A stretch of 64,000 nucleotides of DNA from Candidatus Bathyarchaeota archaeon (GTDB taxonomy: Archaea > Thermoproteota > Bathyarchaeia > 40CM-2-53-6 > RBG-13-38-9), in NCBI GenBank assembly GCA_963807605.1, contig CAWECG010000004.1, forward strand, positions 544,001 through 608,000, read 5' to 3'. Below, in pieces: positions 59,607 through 64,000 of the stretch. A model generated the notes under the pieces. It was not told the DNA's origin. It saw only the letters and a list, made by a program, of their open reading frames with translations, and did no database searches. The position numbers were made by a program, and so were the translations under genes. Position 1 is the stretch's first letter. Each line of letters starts with the position of its first letter.

Positions 59607-60934
59607 TTGTCCGAAGAACTGGTAAAGAAGGCTTTGAAGACTATCGGACTAACTGATAAGGAGTCAGAAGTTTACATAATTCTTGGAGGAAGCGGCGTTT
59701 TAAGAGGCATGGATATCTCGAAGCGCCTGAGTATGCACAAGGCACAGGTATACAGCATTCTGAAGAGTCTTCAAAGAAAGGGTGTAGTGGAGGCCACTCT
59801 CGAATCTCCTACGCGCTTCAGCGCTGTTTCACTTGAAGACCTGCTAGACTCCTTTATCCGAGCAAGAAGGGATGAAGCTAATTCTATAGAGAAAGAGAAA
59901 GACGTCCTACTAGCTAGTTGGGAACTTACTAAATCAGGCGATACCCTTGTAGCCCCAGAGAAATTCGTGGCGATTCAAGGACCAAAGAAGATCGAGCATA
60001 AGATCCTAGAGATGATCAACGAAACGAAAAAAGAGATTAGAGCGATCACTACAAGTCTTGACATAATTCGAGCCGATCAGACGCAGCTTACAAGGGAAAT
60101 AGTGAACAAACCAACAAGAACCGCGCTATCAAGATCAGAATTCTCACAAGCGTGTCAAAAGAGAACCTGAACATAATAAAGAACGCCGTCAAAGTCGGCT
60201 CGAACAGACGTCTGGACATGAAATGGCGCCACCTCGATCTCAAGTCAGGCTCAACCCCTCGAGTCATAATAAAGGATGGGAAAGAGACCTTCATACTGCA
60301 ATCAGAAGATTATCCTATGCAAGTCCGAGAGGGAACTGGCCTATGGACCAACAGTGCGCTGATCACTGACGTGAACATGAGGCTCTTTACAGAACTGTGG
60401 AATTCTGGAATAGATATAGGCGAAAAGATGCGCGAGATTGGAACCAGAAAGCCGCTGGGAAGGACTTTAACGATCGGGAATTGGCAAAGAGCATATGAAG
60501 AATTCGGTGACAGGATGGAGAAGGCTAAGAACGAGATAATCCAAATTGGGCCATCGATCGATATTCTCAAACACCAAGGCAAGTACACGATACCAGAGGT
60601 CTTCAAGAGACGTGTCAAACTACGCGCGATGGTTCCACTCGATGCAGATACCCTAAGAAATGCTCAAGATCTCTCGAAGTACTGTGAAATAAGAGATCCT
60701 AACGTTGGCTACTTAGGAATGGCACTCATCGACGGCGAACATCTCTTCCAATTCAACGTACAAGCACGCGATCCTCAAGTGATCAAACCCTCCTTCTACT
60801 TCAGAAACACATTCTACACAAACGAACCAAGCCATATCAGAAGAGCAAGCGAAATGCTGGAGGGGTTATGGCGCAGGTCCGCTAAGATATCAGATATCGA
60901 AGATGGTCTGAGAGGAAAGAAGATGACCGGTTAG
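59607..60934 (+). pseudogene. TrmB-family transcriptional regulator split by a one-base frameshift
   Basis: GLTDKESEVY...QVYSILKSLQRKG wHTH followed by two effector-type domains; adding one A near 60110 joins ORFs 59607-60170 and 60152-60934. Confidence 0.78.
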
Positions 60935-61264
60935 GTCGACACCTCTACAGGCTAGCTCCACTCATCCTTAGCGCGCGCGTAGAAAGAGCCAAGACATAAG
61001 CGAACTTCTCATTTTAGACTACATCCTTCACTTTGTCCCCCGGCCTTCCCTCTAACGGCTCCACTCTCATCCCTGACTCATATCATCAATAGTTCACGTT
61101 TCGACCGGTATGAGGTTACAGGTCCTGCTGAAACGGATGCACATGGTTCAAAGCCTGTTCAACTTCACAAACTCGTCGTACAGCGTTTCTAGTCGGAAGT
61201 GTAAACCCATCGTCATTGAAGGTCTTCTTCGTATCAGGGTTTGATGACTGAATCGTTACATGTT

Positions 61265-62419
61265 CTAAGCCGCTTTCAAAGAGTAAGCAGCTATTGCCCC
61301 CATTGTCGGAAATAGTGCCATGCCTATGAAGCTAGGCGTTAGCTTATTGGTCATGTCAATAATGAGTCCTATGAACGGTGGAGCAGTGGCTACTGCCAGA
61401 CTCAGACATGCTGTAAATATTCCATAACCAGTTCCTGCCGCAGATTGTCCCAGGATCCGAGGAGGCAGCATCATCGCAGTTGGGACAATCATGAATACCG
61501 AAGCTCCCATGATTGCAACGGCCAATATCACTGCTTGATCAGGCAAATAAGGCATGATTCCTAAGATCACTACTACTGATAAGAAATTCGCGATCAGGAT
61601 GATCCTACGGTGCCTGATCCAATGCAATATCCAACCATATATCGGCACACATAGGATGCCCGCCAACATAACCACGGTGGCAAGCAGATTCGCGTAGATT
61701 GGGTCTGTTCCCCTAAACCTCTCGAAGAGCACTGGAAACCACGTTGTGAACGCGAAGACAGTGGCGAAAGAGAATCCGTAAATACACCCCGCCTTCCAAA
61801 CTTCAAGATTCCTGACAGTCTGGCTGGCTTTTATTCTTTTTTCATATGTGAGTTTGACCGGGCCTTCCTTAATCAGAGACACGAAAACTACCAGGCTTAA
61901 TGTGGCCAAAGCAACGTCAAGGTATAATGGATAGCGCCATCCAAAATTAAACATCAAAACGCTTACCAGTGGAAAAGCTAGAAGGGTGGCAAATGGCAGA
62001 TTTATCCCATAAACACCCATAGCTCTTCCAAGCTCCTTCAGTGAAAACCATTGAGTGACTATTGAGGGCAGTAGCGTTATCATGATCATCCCTCCAACTC
62101 CGAAGATAAAACGCCCCACCAAGGCGATTTGATAAGAATCGCTGATGGCAACCACAAAACTGCCAAGTGTCATCATGCTTGTTGCCAGAGCTCCAACACG
62201 TCTGGCACCGTAATGGTCGATGAGCATCCCTGCAGGTATCGTTACAAGAACTCCTGGGACAAAAAGGATGGACATCAACAAACCAGCTTGCGCGTGACTG
62301 ATGCCGAAATCCTTCATTATCGACGGAATCAAAGGGGGAATCGACTGGACGGTGAAAGCGACTGTGACAATGACGTAGAACACCGAGAATAACATGACCC
62401 ACCGATATCGCAGATCCAT
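61265..62419 (-). CDS. Major facilitator superfamily transporter
   Basis: ~12 TM segments, GMLIDHYGARR motif A, GRFIFGVG; start probably MDLRYRW. Confidence 0.9.
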   Translation of the reverse strand: MDLRYRWVMLFSVFYVIVTVAFTVQSIPPLIPSIMKDFGISHAQAGLLMSILFVPGVLVTIPAGMLIDHYGARRVGALATSMMTLGSFVVAISDSYQIALVGRFIFGVGGMIMITLLPSIVTQWFSLKELGRAMGVYGINLPFATLLAFPLVSVLMFNFGWRYPLYLDVALATLSLVVFVSLIKEGPVKLTYEKRIKASQTVRNLEVWKAGCIYGFSFATVFAFTTWFPVLFERFRGTDPIYANLLATVVMLAGILCVPIYGWILHWIRHRRIILIANFLSVVVILGIMPYLPDQAVILAVAIMGASVFMIVPTAMMLPPRILGQSAAGTGYGIFTACLSLAVATAPPFIGLIIDMTNKLTPSFIGMALFPTMGAIAAYSLKAA

Positions 62420-62564
62420 GAAACCAATTTCACCCTTTAAACCCAAGGCAACCGAATCGTGCCTTCTTCTCAACAGCTTCGAATACTTGTCATGGGTGGT
62501 CTCTTGGAGAAAAGGAGACCCCGTCAAGAACTGGGGAGCTTGGATGTCTCATTAGGCTTTGGAA

Positions 62565-63242
62565 CTAGTAGCCTAGATTCTCTCCGACCAGCAGGACTGT
62601 AGTCTCTGTCTTCATAGGCTTCTTTTCTATTATGGTAATGATGTGGCAATGTCGGTCTGGAGGTTGGCACTCATTCAAGTCGCAACATCCTTTTTCCGTG
62701 CATGGTGTTTTGCCGCCTAGTCTTTTCACATTCATGGGAGCTGAAACTTCTCTAACACGCTTAATCCCGTCTTCAACAGTCTTGACTATCTTGTTGATTC
62801 CTGCCACAACGATGACTCTTCTGGGGCCAAAAGCCATGGCGGCTACTCTATTTCCCAAGCCATCGATGTTGATCAGTTTTCCGTCCTCTGTTATTGCATT
62901 GCTGCTCGTTAAGAATACGTCAGCATCAAAATGTCTCTTCCTGATAGCTAGGTGTTCTTCCATCTTATACTTCTTAGCCCATATATCGTCAACCTGATCT
63001 CCACGGTTCCTCAAGGCATCGTCGAGACCGATTTGTCGTATCGTCATAGAACCAGCAATCCCAACTTTGGATCCCTTCGGTATTAGTTGTAGCAGCTCTT
63101 CAAGTGCTGCAGCCTTCGTAGGAACGTGGAAAGAGTCGAAGCCATTCTTCTTTAGAGCTTCTACCGTTCTCTTGGTTTTGTCCTCGATGAACCACTCTGT
63201 ACTTTGTTTCAGTTCAACTTCCCAAGTGTTCGCTTTTGACAT
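62565..63242 (-). CDS. LUD-domain (lactate utilisation-like) protein
   Basis: GSMT, SSNAITEDG, NIDGLGNRVAA, GINKIV, APMN, PC...C...C...C. Confidence 0.88.
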   Translation of the reverse strand: MSKANTWEVELKQSTEWFIEDKTKRTVEALKKNGFDSFHVPTKAAALEELLQLIPKGSKVGIAGSMTIRQIGLDDALRNRGDQVDDIWAKKYKMEEHLAIRKRHFDADVFLTSSNAITEDGKLINIDGLGNRVAAMAFGPRRVIVVAGINKIVKTVEDGIKRVREVSAPMNVKRLGGKTPCTEKGCCDLNECQPPDRHCHIITIIEKKPMKTETTVLLVGENLGY

Positions 63243-63332
63243 CCTGACCACTTCAAGAGTTTGACTGAGTCCGCCGGTCCAGCCCCTTAAGTCTATCTAT
63301 CTTAAATGGCAAGAACAACAATTTGAAAGAGC

Positions 63333-63377
63333 TTGACACTCACCCAGCCGAAGCTCGGGCTTTCTTGCTATTTTTCT
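63333..63377 (-). mobile_element. Second solo-hairpin IS605-type remnant
   Basis: TTGACACTC (A-type right end) + hairpin CCCAGCCGAAGCTCGGG + CTTTCTTGCTATTTTTCT|GTAA (left end, TTAC target). Confidence 0.75.
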
Positions 63378-63548
63378 GTAACAAAGGAGACTATATCTAC
63401 AAGATTGAAAGCCTGTGAACCAGACGCCCCTGACATAACTGATTTCCTCAAAAGTGTCCTCAGCCCACGGTTTAAGCTCTCAAACTGGCAAAGATCAGAC
63501 TTGGAACTGAAGTTTATGAGCGAGGAACAACTATGAAAGAATTAAGGG

Positions 63549-63980
63549 ATGACATCCAAAATGACCCAAGAGAAACCTAACACAAACTCCCTGTTTGTTC
63601 ACACGAGTATCCGAACCAGCAATATGGAGCGATCGATTGATTTCTACACTCGAATTATGGGGCTAAAACTTCTTAGTCGGCGTGAGATAGCCCAGAACAA
63701 TGCCGAGATAGTATTTCTTCAAGATCCTGAAGGGAAGGGAGCTAGACTCGAATTGACAATCTTCAGGAATCAAAAGCGATTCGTCCAAGCTGAATATGAA
63801 GACCGATTATTCGATCATCTTGCCTTTGAAGTGAAGAATATGGATCAGATTATCTCTTTGCTCAGAAAGGAAAAAATCACAATTACAGATGAACCTTTCA
63901 AACTGGGTCCTACTGGGCCTCTCATAGCGTTCGTTGAAGATCCGGATGGAATATTGATTGAACTAATTGAGAGAAAATGA
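63549..63980 (+). CDS. VOC/glyoxalase I family protein
   Basis: HTSIR, SIDFYT, LEL, DHLAF, FVEDPDG..IELIE. Confidence 0.9.
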   Translation: MTSKMTQEKPNTNSLFVHTSIRTSNMERSIDFYTRIMGLKLLSRREIAQNNAEIVFLQDPEGKGARLELTIFRNQKRFVQAEYEDRLFDHLAFEVKNMDQIISLLRKEKITITDEPFKLGPTGPLIAFVEDPDGILIELIERK

Positions 63981-64000
63981 GAGAGTAAGCACCTATCTTC

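Noticed and set aside
60940-61260. Decayed gene fragment
   Set aside because: Multiple stops and no family recognised

Overview
Archaeal chromosomal segment, most likely TACK/Bathyarchaeia-like (inferred from GatD/GatE, NucS, Rio2, Lsm, eS30, the alternative ADH/DHQ-synthase-II shikimate entry, an intron-containing tRNA and CFI-box surface proteins). Housekeeping genes include pyrG, purA, cofC/cofD, glmS, the lysC-asd-aro-tyrA operon, gatDE, elp3 and pyrK. About 15 kb (~24%) of the window is RNA-guided-nuclease-type mobile DNA: nine TnpB-only IS200/IS605 (IS1341-like) copies from three families, one IsrB element with an upstream omegaRNA region, one IS200 whose TnpA has lost both HUH histidines, two solo-hairpin scars, and a 521-aa TnpB-like gene between perfect 16-bp terminal inverted repeats. 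The element ends covary with their target/cleavage tetranucleotides as the IS608 guide rule predicts, and two insertions replace the C-termini of pyrG and cofC. The best candidates for undescribed systems are (i) four tandem paralogous winged-helix genes followed by a stand-alone NurA-HerA pair, and (ii) the TIR-flanked TnpB-like element sitting in that cluster's promoter region. A homospermidine synthase plus ornithine decarboxylase cassette lies between tRNA-Gly and a degenerate copy of its 3' end. No CRISPR array or rRNA was seen. All calls come from reading the sequence; no database searches were run.
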